This document shows, piece by piece, positions 45,965 through 54,706 of a stretch of DNA of 54,761 nt. The position numbers were made by a program, and so were the translations under genes. Source of the stretch: an uncultured Oligoflexia bacterium (GTDB taxonomy: Bacteria > Bdellovibrionota > UBA1018 > UBA923); contig CAZYPH010000001.1 of the NCBI GenBank assembly GCA_964649095.1, positions 69,407 to 124,167 on the forward strand. The letters run 5' to 3'. Within the stretch, counting starts at the first letter, position 1, and every line of letters begins with the position of its first letter. The notes beneath the pieces are model-generated. The model searched no databases. It was not told where the DNA came from and saw only the letters and a list, made by a program, of their open reading frames with translations.

Positions 45965-47113
45965 TTAACCTTTGAAGCAGTGGGCTAGGCTGTGCACGGA
46001 ATACACATAGATATTTTTCTCGAGTTTATAATCTTTTTTTCCAGGATAAATCACCACGAGCCTATCGAGATTTAACAACTCGCGCGCCATTACCATCGAT
46101 TTTGTCATCACTGGAGCGTCTTGATATTTGATTTCAAAACCAATTTTTTTACCGCCTTTCAGAACCAAAAGATCTAACTCTGCCTGAGCGTGCACACTCC
46201 AAAAATAACACTCTTCGAGTTGGTGCATTTGTATGAGCTGCTCTAACACAAACCCCTCCCACGACGCGCCTAACTTTGGATGGGTCACTAACTGCTTTTT
46301 ATTTTCTAAAGTCAAAAGCGTATGCAAAATACCGCTGTCGCGAAAATAGATTTTGGGGCTCTTCACTTGACGCTTCGCAATGTTTGCATACCAAGGCTTA
46401 AGCTCACGCACCATGAAGGTACCAACCAAGATATCGAGATATTTTCGCACCGTGGGATGCGTGAGTTGTAGTGATTGACCCAACTCGGACGCATTAAAAA
46501 TTTGCCCATGATGGTGCGTCAACATCTGCCAAAAGCGCCTCATGTGATTGGCGGGAATTTGAAAACCCAATTGAGGAATATCTCGTTCGAGATACGTTGA
46601 GATATATTCATTTCTCCAGATATAACTTTTCTTCTCGGTAGTCGCGAGATACGACACGGGAAAACCACCCCGCAGCCATAACCTTTCTATTCTATCATCG
46701 CCGGTCTCTTGAAGAGAAAATGGGGCCACTTCGATATAGGAAATACGTCCAGCCAATGTCTCGGTAGATTGCTGTATGAGCTCACGCGACGCACTGCCTA
46801 AGATTAGAATTTTTCGTTTTCGTTGATGGAGATCGATGTAACTACGCAGGTACGCAAACAATTCTGGCAGTCGTTGCACTTCATCAATGACGATTAACGA
46901 TTTTGACGTGGCATTTTCTAACGCCATGATCGGATTTTGTAGTCTTGCTAAGTCGACTGGGTTTTCTAGATCAAAAAAATCGACCTCTTTAAATTTTTTT
47001 GAGTAGTGGCGCGCAATGGTAGTCTTTCCGGATTGCCGCGGCCCCAATAGAGCCACTACCGGATGCATGGCAAAGGCATCTTGAATTTTCTTAAGTAGTT
47101 TTTTTCTTTCCAC
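45965..47113 (-). CDS. AAA+ ATPase of the AAA_14/DUF4143 family (paralog P5)
   Basis: LGPRQSGKTT, IVIDEVQR, LILGSASRE, AELDLLVLKGGKKIGFEIK (D...ExK). GTG start. Confidence 0.85.
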   Translation of the reverse strand: MERKKLLKKIQDAFAMHPVVALLGPRQSGKTTIARHYSKKFKEVDFFDLENPVDLARLQNPIMALENATSKSLIVIDEVQRLPELFAYLRSYIDLHQRKRKILILGSASRELIQQSTETLAGRISYIEVAPFSLQETGDDRIERLWLRGGFPVSYLATTEKKSYIWRNEYISTYLERDIPQLGFQIPANHMRRFWQMLTHHHGQIFNASELGQSLQLTHPTVRKYLDILVGTFMVRELKPWYANIAKRQVKSPKIYFRDSGILHTLLTLENKKQLVTHPKLGASWEGFVLEQLIQMHQLEECYFWSVHAQAELDLLVLKGGKKIGFEIKYQDAPVMTKSMVMARELLNLDRLVVIYPGKKDYKLEKNIYVYSVHSLAHCFKG

Positions 47114-47126
47114 GTTTTAAATGTAC

Positions 47127-47205
47127 CATGAAAATTGAAAGGGGACCTTTCAATTTTCATGAACGCAATAAAGATATATTGAAAGGGGACCTTTCAATTT
47201 TCATG
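47127..47205. promoter_or_regulatory. 35-bp palindrome plus a second 28-bp copy upstream of P5
   Basis: CATGAAAATTGAAAGG-GGA-CCTTTCAATTTTCATG (47127-47161) has 16-bp perfect arms. ATTGAAAGGGGACCTTTCAATTTTCATG repeats at 47178-47205, 44 bp further on. Confidence 0.6.
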
Positions 47206-47228
47206 GGCATGTGAGCGCTAAAAAAATG

Positions 47229-48500
47229 TCAATACTTTGACTTTGTGGCCATGTGACCGCAAAACCAGGCTGCCACAGCCAATAGGCAGAGGCTGGAATA
47301 GACCGACAGATAGTCGTGTTTGAAAAGATCGGGATAGATTTGGTCACTGATCAAATTATGCCCGGGCTCGGCCGTCGTACCTATGACACCGGCGGCAATT
47401 ACTGTTGAGACACTGAACAGCAGACTAAGCAAAAATAACGGACTGATCTGGGGCTCTTTCAAATTTACGAACCCCACACTTAAAAATGGCAACATCGGAA
47501 TCAGATAACGTGGGCCAATACACCAGCCCCCGTGCCATTGGTTGAAACAGACGTTAAAACCCACAAAAACACATACAACCGAAAATGCTAGCCAGACTTC
47601 TTCACGGCGCGTTCCCTGACGCAACAAACGCCCCATACCAAGCACAGCAAAAATCAAAACGGGTGACAGTATAAAAAGGCCCTTTTTAAAATCGAAAAAT
47701 AAATCCCAAAACACTTTTAATTTAGGTGTGCCCAGAACGCCAAAAAGTTTAGGTCCGAGATCGCGAAACTCTGGATTTTGATACACTTGTGGCAACGTCA
47801 AATACCCGCCAAAACAAGACTTATGATAGAGACCAAACAAGAAAAGACCAGGCAGCCCACCGAGAGCAAACAGTACTAACGCGCGCGCACCAAAACGGCG
47901 CAAGAGCACGATAATAAAAAATGGAATCGTAAAGGCACACGAGTATTCGGTGAGGACGGCAGCGCTCATCCAAAACCCACTCCACAACGGCGACGTTCTT
48001 TGTACGAGCGCAAAATAGGCAAAAAACAAAAACGCTGCAGCCGTTTGGTGGCCCCAAATAGAATACGCATACGGCAGCGCCATCGTACCCAGCGAATAAG
48101 CGATGGTGGCATACATAGCCGTCATAGGTGTCGTTCGAGCCAGTAGAAAAAAGAAAAAAACGACCGCCAACGCAACAGCTGGAACGACCGAGACAAAAAA
48201 ATTAGTAAACCGCTCTTCACGAATCCAACGCGACAACCGCAACGTTCTCGACAACGCCAGTGCCGGCACCCCGAGGAGTGACACACCCGGAGCTTTATTC
48301 GAATAATAATGGCCATCATACAACGACCAATCGGGCGTGGCCTCGGGCGCTAAACCATCGATACTAAAAACGCCTCGCGAAACAATCGAGTCGGTCACAG
48401 CAAAACGTGTGAGTTGGTTCACACCTCCATGACCAGGACCAAACGCATACACAGCCAGAACAAAACAAAAAAACGCGATAAACCATCGTGAAATCGGCAT
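47229..48500 (-). CDS. Polytopic membrane protein, GT-C-fold glycosyltransferase-like (ArnT/PMT-like)
   Basis: More than 10 hydrophobic helices. First loop DSIVSRGVFSIDG...YDGHYYSNKAPG. Start taken at MPISRWF (48500). Confidence 0.55.
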   Translation of the reverse strand: MPISRWFIAFFCFVLAVYAFGPGHGGVNQLTRFAVTDSIVSRGVFSIDGLAPEATPDWSLYDGHYYSNKAPGVSLLGVPALALSRTLRLSRWIREERFTNFFVSVVPAVALAVVFFFFLLARTTPMTAMYATIAYSLGTMALPYAYSIWGHQTAAAFLFFAYFALVQRTSPLWSGFWMSAAVLTEYSCAFTIPFFIIVLLRRFGARALVLFALGGLPGLFLFGLYHKSCFGGYLTLPQVYQNPEFRDLGPKLFGVLGTPKLKVFWDLFFDFKKGLFILSPVLIFAVLGMGRLLRQGTRREEVWLAFSVVCVFVGFNVCFNQWHGGWCIGPRYLIPMLPFLSVGFVNLKEPQISPLFLLSLLFSVSTVIAAGVIGTTAEPGHNLISDQIYPDLFKHDYLSVYSSLCLLAVAAWFCGHMATKSKY

Positions 48501-48642
48501 GTTTTTTAACGTAGTGCTTCGAGCATTTAATGAAAAGTGAACTCTTAAAAATATTGAAAGACTCAAAGTGCGCCATGCATCGCGCCATAAACTAAGATTA
48601 TTTACCTCTTAACCAAACCAGACCTTCATGCCACCATAAATC

Positions 48643-50880
48643 ATGTTTAAAAAATCCGTTTTCAAATCACTGGCGCTGTCATTAGTGGTTTGCGTTTGTG
48701 CGACGTGGGGCTTTGCCGAACCGGCAGTTTACATTCTAGATACACCCACACTGAACAGTCTCGAAGGTGCAGGCTTTAGTTTAAATGAAACTCTAGGGCA
48801 GACGAAATCACTCAGCCGCACGTCCGATCTGTACAAAACAAACGAAGCCTATCGTAGTTTTGCAGAGACCATCGGTAAATCACTTCCGCATGATGCTACA
48901 ACAGATCAGCTTCCTGATACGATTCCAGAGAACGCAGGCGACGTGCCCGACATGGTGCGGCGATTACGTGGTTTCGAAGATAAAGGATCTCGATCAGACA
49001 AAGATCTCAAGGGCGGCTTCATCATTCGTCGCACGGCCAACAATTCACAGTACCCCTATTTAGTAGAACGCGACGGTGACGAGCCACGCCACTTTGATAC
49101 CCGTTGGCTGAACTCGGACTACGCCTACATGAAGTTGATTGCCATCGCCAACCGCATGGACCGCAAAGACATTACAAAAGACTCTTGCGGTGAGGTCCGC
49201 TTTCTTTATCGATTGAGTTATAAATCGAAAAAATCGAGTTCGAGTCTACCGTTTTTTGTAAACGTGGTGCATCAGTATCCGAAACAAGAGACCTGCGCGG
49301 GTTTTGCCAAATCGTGGAATGTATCCACAACCGACGCCACAGCATTAAGAAGTGGCCCCTTAAAAAATCTTTCGCTCCGACAACTCGAAGTTAATTTTCA
49401 ATCGCTGCGCTTTACGTCGGGTTACATGCACGATTTTGGTGGTCAGGCCATGTACATGCAGCGCGTATTTCGCAAAAAAGGCTCGAGACTTGAACCGGTC
49501 GAGCTTGAGAACACCCCCGATGTTCTTGCGATCAAAAATGATCCGGCCCTATTAAAACAATTTGTTGAATATTTGAAGAAGCCCGAGAACCTCACCCGAC
49601 TAGATAACGGTGTTTTGAACATCAATTTTGATCCAAAGTTTTTGGCCAAGTTTTCTGTCTCCTGGTCGACATTGGGGCGAGCCCGAACAGCGAATCGCCC
49701 CTACACCGAAATATTCCGTGAGAATCGTGCTCTCGTTGAATCGATTAATATATCAAAATTAAAATATATAAAAAACCATGACGCACTCGTAGAACGACTG
49801 AACAATATGACGTGTATGGGTTGCCATCAGGCTGGTGGCACGGCGGGCTTTCATGTGCTCGGCAAGGCGGATGACGCGTTTTCGCATCCGTTCAATCGGC
49901 AAGAGCAAGCCCTGTCTCCGCACGCTACCGCCGAGATTTCGCGAAGAGTGGCGTGGTTAAAAAAAGTGGCTGCTGGTGAAGAGCCCAATCCCTTTCGACA
50001 GCACTCCACATTTTCAAGTGCGGACTGGGGTACGATTTCCGGCATTCCGAAATTCTCGAATTTAAACGTCGGTCAGCTCTGTTTTGCTGAAGCCGACACG
50101 TTTTCTCAGCAACCGGTTTGTGGCGATGCAAATGGCCGCGCGGTCGCGTGTCAAAAGACGGTATCTACGTTTGGGAAAAACGTCTTATTAGGTGAATGCG
50201 TTTTAAAAGAAGTGGTACGTGCCGCTGGGCATGCCTGTTGGAAGGGCGAAATTATAGAAAGTACCGAGAGTCTAATGACACACCCTGAGCGCCATCCCCC
50301 TAGCTTTAACTTCTTTGCCTTCGAAGATAAGTGGAAACTTTCAGGCGAAATTTTTAAAGATGCTAAACCCTATGGGTGTGTGCTGCCGCAAAGCGGTGCC
50401 CCACTGGGCCGCATGAGTCGGCGGTGTTCGTTAGAAGAAGAAAACTTCGAAGTCGACTTCAGCAAAGGCATTCCCGACGAACTTTGCGCCAATCAAGGTG
50501 GTTCTGGTTTTGATATGTGCGCGGCGAGTGGCGACTCTGGCGCCTGTCTTGAAACAAAAGTGGCGCGGTCGATGCTCGACACCTGCAGTGAAACGCGCTT
50601 TTGTCGTGAAGATTACATCTGTCAGAAATTTCCCGACTACCACAAGATCAGCGAAAAAGATTACGTACGGAAAAAGGGCGACCAACTGATTAACGTGAGC
50701 CACCCTTCGAAGATTCGTGGTGACGCGCTGGCAGAAGCGCGTCGGCGGGGCATTGGCTTTTGTGTCCCTACCTATTTTCTTTTCAACATGCGGTTAGATG
50801 GCCATCCAAGCCCTATCACGGGGCTTGCACCAGGCGAGCCTAAGTATGATCGCAGCCAACCACTTCGGGGGTACCAATGA
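48643..50880 (+). CDS. 745-aa secreted Cys-rich protein of unknown function with a single CXXCH motif
   Basis: Signal peptide MFKKSVFKSLALSLVVCVCATWGFA. CMGCH at aa 391-395 (nt 49813-49827). Many Cys in the C-terminal 260 aa. ATGA overlap with the next gene. Confidence 0.75.
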   Translation: MFKKSVFKSLALSLVVCVCATWGFAEPAVYILDTPTLNSLEGAGFSLNETLGQTKSLSRTSDLYKTNEAYRSFAETIGKSLPHDATTDQLPDTIPENAGDVPDMVRRLRGFEDKGSRSDKDLKGGFIIRRTANNSQYPYLVERDGDEPRHFDTRWLNSDYAYMKLIAIANRMDRKDITKDSCGEVRFLYRLSYKSKKSSSSLPFFVNVVHQYPKQETCAGFAKSWNVSTTDATALRSGPLKNLSLRQLEVNFQSLRFTSGYMHDFGGQAMYMQRVFRKKGSRLEPVELENTPDVLAIKNDPALLKQFVEYLKKPENLTRLDNGVLNINFDPKFLAKFSVSWSTLGRARTANRPYTEIFRENRALVESINISKLKYIKNHDALVERLNNMTCMGCHQAGGTAGFHVLGKADDAFSHPFNRQEQALSPHATAEISRRVAWLKKVAAGEEPNPFRQHSTFSSADWGTISGIPKFSNLNVGQLCFAEADTFSQQPVCGDANGRAVACQKTVSTFGKNVLLGECVLKEVVRAAGHACWKGEIIESTESLMTHPERHPPSFNFFAFEDKWKLSGEIFKDAKPYGCVLPQSGAPLGRMSRRCSLEEENFEVDFSKGIPDELCANQGGSGFDMCAASGDSGACLETKVARSMLDTCSETRFCREDYICQKFPDYHKISEKDYVRKKGDQLINVSHPSKIRGDALAEARRRGIGFCVPTYFLFNMRLDGHPSPITGLAPGEPKYDRSQPLRGYQ

Positions 50881-52736
50881 AAATTATTTATATACTACTG
50901 CTATTTACTTCAGCCACTATTGGCCTCGCTCAAGACTACGCGTTTGATGACGCCCACAATCATGACGGCACGCATGTCGAGGGTCAAAACGACTGCGGCA
51001 GCAACTATATGTTCCCGGGCGATATAGCACGACTGGGCTCACACTCATTCTTGATTTTGGGCGAAGATGGCCCTGAGCATTTACTACTCGACCACCGCTC
51101 GGGCACCCCGCCGCACACGTACCAATTCATTTTGAGAGTTCGCGTAGATTCTAGTGAAATGGCTACCTATCGTAAGCTATTGAAAGAAACGAAAGTGGCG
51201 TTACCTGCCGTCACTACGATCTACTTTGACAAAACAGGTAAACAGATCGACCGCACGTTTTTTTGTTTACCTGATTTGAAGAAAATTTTTGGGCCCGAAC
51301 AAAAACCAGACGATGCGTACGCGAAGTTGTTTCCCATTCGTGCCTCGTGGCAAAAAGATGCCGATTTTGAAGGTGCGTTTCCAATCAAACAAACGGTCGT
51401 GCCCGAAGACCCTCTTGTTATCGAACGCAAAGATGGTGAAATCGTATTGTATCGGTATTTACCCTCGTATTTAGAACAATCGAGCTTTCGAAAAATGCTC
51501 AAGAGTAAAGGCAGCGCCTTCACCGCACTATTGAGCCACGCCCCGATTCGTGCGGACGACTCAGTAGAGAACGCAGCGAAGAGATCGTCGTATATTAAAG
51601 CGGGTGCGTTCGATTCAAACGGTGAAACGTGCCAGAGCGATTACTATTTAAAGAGCGTGCGCCCACCAAAAACAAAACATGGTTTTTTATTACTCGCGGA
51701 AAGTGGCAAAAACGGGGTTTTGGCGACGCACCTTTATGACCAGTCGCCGCAGAACTATCAGACGACACTAACGTTTGAACTTTCTGACGAACAAATGAAA
51801 CTCTTTCGCAAACTACGGCAAGAATCGAAAACACCGCTTTTGTTTATGCCCTCACAGTATTTTTGCATGCCTGAAATAAAAGACCTCATAAAACGCCAAG
51901 CATTATCGCTAGACGGCGCGCTCTACACAAATACAGCCTATGAAGAGTTTAAGTTAGGCCAACAGGCTGGAGAATTAAAACTAACCAGTGATAAAATCAA
52001 AGTGCTTGTGAACCGCACGCTGCAAAGTTTGATGAACCCTCAGGCCGTGGCGCGTGATGTGTTCGGCGTGGTTGATATTAAGTCGATTAATTCTGATATT
52101 TTTGTCGAGGCCGCCTATGCCAGTGATTGGAATTTTATCGGCAGCCCTGTGGAGGGCTACAAAGCCAATAAGTGTTATTTAACTTCAAAAGCGGCGCAGG
52201 CCTTGAGTGCGGTGCAGAAGGACGTCGCCGAGCAAGGTTATGCGTTGTTAGTGTTTGATTGTTACCGACCACAACGCGCCGTGAATCAGTTTGTGCGTTG
52301 GACGCAAAATGTGAACGACTCTAAAATGCAGGCAACTTTTTACCCCGACGAACCCAAAAAAGATTTAATCAAACGTGGTTATATTGACTCGAAGTCGGGC
52401 CATAGTCGCGCTAGTACAATTGATCTCACGCTGGTGCGTGTTGATAAATTTCAGTCAAAAGACTTTTCGCAAAAGGCGAAAGCCGTCAGCGACTGCCGTC
52501 AGTCTGGGCGGGTGGTAGATACCGGCCAGGTCGACATGGGCACGGCCTTTGATTGTTTCAGCGAGCGCGCCTATACGGCGAACACCGCCATTTCAAACGA
52601 AGCGCAGCAGAACCGGCAACTGCTAAAATCAGCGATGGAAAAACACGGTTTTACCAACTACGCAAAAGAGTGGTGGCATTTTGTGTTGAAAGACGAGCCT
52701 TACAAAAATGATTATTTTGATTTTGAGGTGGAGTGA
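50877..52736 (+). CDS. Secreted fusion protein: two copies of an unknown ~190-aa domain plus a C-terminal VanX/DdpX-type D-Ala-D-Ala dipeptidase (peptidase M15)
   Basis: Signal MKIIYILLLFTSATIGLAQD. Dipeptidase motifs LLVFDCYRPQRAV, SGHSRASTIDLTL, DMGTAFDCF, KEWWHF. Confidence 0.85.
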   Translation: MKIIYILLLFTSATIGLAQDYAFDDAHNHDGTHVEGQNDCGSNYMFPGDIARLGSHSFLILGEDGPEHLLLDHRSGTPPHTYQFILRVRVDSSEMATYRKLLKETKVALPAVTTIYFDKTGKQIDRTFFCLPDLKKIFGPEQKPDDAYAKLFPIRASWQKDADFEGAFPIKQTVVPEDPLVIERKDGEIVLYRYLPSYLEQSSFRKMLKSKGSAFTALLSHAPIRADDSVENAAKRSSYIKAGAFDSNGETCQSDYYLKSVRPPKTKHGFLLLAESGKNGVLATHLYDQSPQNYQTTLTFELSDEQMKLFRKLRQESKTPLLFMPSQYFCMPEIKDLIKRQALSLDGALYTNTAYEEFKLGQQAGELKLTSDKIKVLVNRTLQSLMNPQAVARDVFGVVDIKSINSDIFVEAAYASDWNFIGSPVEGYKANKCYLTSKAAQALSAVQKDVAEQGYALLVFDCYRPQRAVNQFVRWTQNVNDSKMQATFYPDEPKKDLIKRGYIDSKSGHSRASTIDLTLVRVDKFQSKDFSQKAKAVSDCRQSGRVVDTGQVDMGTAFDCFSERAYTANTAISNEAQQNRQLLKSAMEKHGFTNYAKEWWHFVLKDEPYKNDYFDFEVE

Positions 52737-52926
52737 ATTTCTCAGTCGCGAAACAGAGCTCAAATACTCGGATAGTCGGGCGTGCGCTAATTGATCGAAG
52801 CACCATGCTTTCGAATCAGAGCAGCCCACTTTTGATTCACAGTTTTGTCCTGATGTGGCCATCTGCTTGAGACAGAGATAATCATGGACCCTGACGAACC
52901 GCCCCAGTTAGGGTTGGCGCCGCGTT

Positions 52927-53157
52927 TCAGCAATCCTCAGCTATAGCTACACAGTCAAGAACATACGCAGAGTAAAGACCATTCCACTGTGCGCCACGAT
53001 AACACTCCCCGTTATTGGGTTGCGCCTTTACTAGGGCTTTACCTAATGCACTGCATGTTTTGCACGCTTGCAAGTCGCCGACATAACACATGCAGATCTT
53101 CGATACATTGCCGTGAGTGGCAGCGAACCCTGCTAGAAGTAATAAAATTTTTTTCAT
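52927..53157 (-). CDS. Possible small secreted Cys-rich protein (76 aa, 7 Cys)
   Basis: Signal-like MKKILLLLAGFAATHG followed by CMC...C..C...C...C...C. The RBS is weak. Confidence 0.35.
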   Translation of the reverse strand: MKKILLLLAGFAATHGNVSKICMCYVGDLQACKTCSALGKALVKAQPNNGECYRGAQWNGLYSAYVLDCVAIAEDC

Positions 53158-53258
53158 TGTTCAGCCCATGTTACCGATATTGTTGATGCCGGTCTTATCA
53201 GGGACAGAGGGGTTTGATGGCCGAAAATTCAAACAGAAAATATTTATACCTACAACTA

Positions 53259-53288
53259 CTAAAATCAGCGATGGAAAAACAGGGTTTT
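53259..53288 (+). repeat. 30-bp copy (1 mismatch) of nt 52624-52653, which lie in the 3' part of the dipeptidase gene
   Basis: CTAAAATCAGCGATGGAAAAACA[C/G]GGTTTTAC. Weaker same-length similarity (ttcaaac...caact) extends about 30 bp further 5'. Confidence 0.85.
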
Positions 53289-54281
53289 ACTTAGCGAGAG
53301 GAATAGCGTCAATCTAAATGCCGTCTTAAAGCGACTCCAACACATTCTATCAACGTGATCAGATAGTTGAACAAAGCGGATAATAAGCCGATATGCGTAG
53401 TGGTCGACGACCATTCAGGTCTCCCCCAGTCTCTCAAAAATATCTTTAATGTAAAACACGCGGCGGCCGATCAGACGTTTGGAATGCGATGAAAACACTA
53501 CTCTCCAGCCGCCGAATGCGGCAAAAAATAGCAAGCTTAGCAGTAGGCCTAAGCATTGTACCGGCATTGGCGGCGCATGCTGATTTTGCGGGGGACCACT
53601 CACATGTCCGGATTCCATCGTGTACACAAAACCAAGATAACCAGCTAGCTGCGTTGGTCTACTCTCCTGCCGAGATTCGAGCGATTAGCAGGCTTCCTCC
53701 CTCACAGGAGTACGGCATCCTCGTCCGACGATCAGGGCGTTTCTGCTGTGAAATTCCTGCCCGGCGTGGACGATTAATTCCAACTGGCAGCGATGCCTTT
53801 TGTCGGCACACCACTCTGCGAGCACGCCAGAGAGCGGCTCAAACAAACGAAGACGACGGTCAATTGCGGTGCTCTGAAACATGGTCGAGAGAACTCGCTC
53901 GTTTTCAGAATCCACCGCCAGACGGCTCAGCGCCCTCGACTCGAGACGTTTGTGACAAAGTGACTCAATGGCGCAGAGGGTACTACCGAAACTGCCAGCC
54001 ACCCAACGAGCGCCAAATAATTCCAGGCGCAAGCTCTGCATCGAATGCGGTCTACAACGCACGGTTTTTAGCCTGCCGCTGCCAGTACAACCTAGACGCT
54101 GGAAATCCACCCCATCAGAACCAAAGCCCCGAAAATGCACGAAACTTCAACGCAGGGCCTTATGGGGGGCGCCTTCCCCATAACGAAACCTGTCGGTCGT
54201 ATTTGCAACCACGCTTACCTGCACCAGCACCGATGCATGCTACCCCGCCAGGCGCGCCCGCAGGTGAAGAAGCTACTAGTG

Positions 54282-54653
54282 ATGTCGGGGGATAAGCCGC
54301 ATGGAAAGGCCCTACCAGCTCGAAACTCAAGACACCTTTACGATTTTTTTCAGCTCCTGAATTCAGCAATTAAAACGCGCGCTCTGAAAGACTTGGATTT
54401 GCTCGAACACGTCGCCAAACAGAACAGCATCTATTTCGCCGCGAGCTGGGCGAGTTATAAAACTGCCAGAAAAGGAACTTTGAAGCTCTCTCCGCCGGAT
54501 CGTGTTCTTGAAGGGCTTAAAAAAGATTACAAGCAAATGGAGGCGATGTTCTACCGAACGGAACGCCCAAAGTGGGAATTGATGCTGAAAACTATCGCGG
54601 AATTTGAGCTAGAGTTCAATGAAGCCGTCGATACCAACTCAGCTCGACACTGA
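54282..54653 (+). CDS. Hypothetical protein (~123 aa), start uncertain
   Basis: The ordinary-looking residue composition begins around MSGDKPHG. The upstream part of ORF 54135-54653 overlaps other ORFs and looks non-coding. Confidence 0.3.
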   Translation: MSGDKPHGKALPARNSRHLYDFFQLLNSAIKTRALKDLDLLEHVAKQNSIYFAASWASYKTARKGTLKLSPPDRVLEGLKKDYKQMEAMFYRTERPKWELMLKTIAEFELEFNEAVDTNSARH

Positions 54654-54706
54654 TTTACCCACCGTCTAGTGAGAAGAGCCCATTTTTTTGATGAAAACTT
54701 TAAGAT

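Noticed and set aside
53685-54041. Possible truncated LysR-family regulator on the minus strand (L..F..A...GSF, ALSRL strings)
   Set aside because: Matching the LysR HTH requires two ~3-residue insertions inside the helix-turn-helix, and no co-inducer domain follows in any frame. The similarity could be chance in Arg/Ala/Leu/Ser-rich sequence.
53489-54295. 268-aa plus-strand ORF with a convincing-looking signal peptide (MKTLLSS...ALAAHA)
   Set aside because: After the first ~35 aa the translation is Arg/Pro/Cys/Asn/Gln-heavy with no secondary-structure-like pattern. It is fully overlapped by ORFs on the other strand in a GC-rich patch. I left it uncalled and flagged the region instead.
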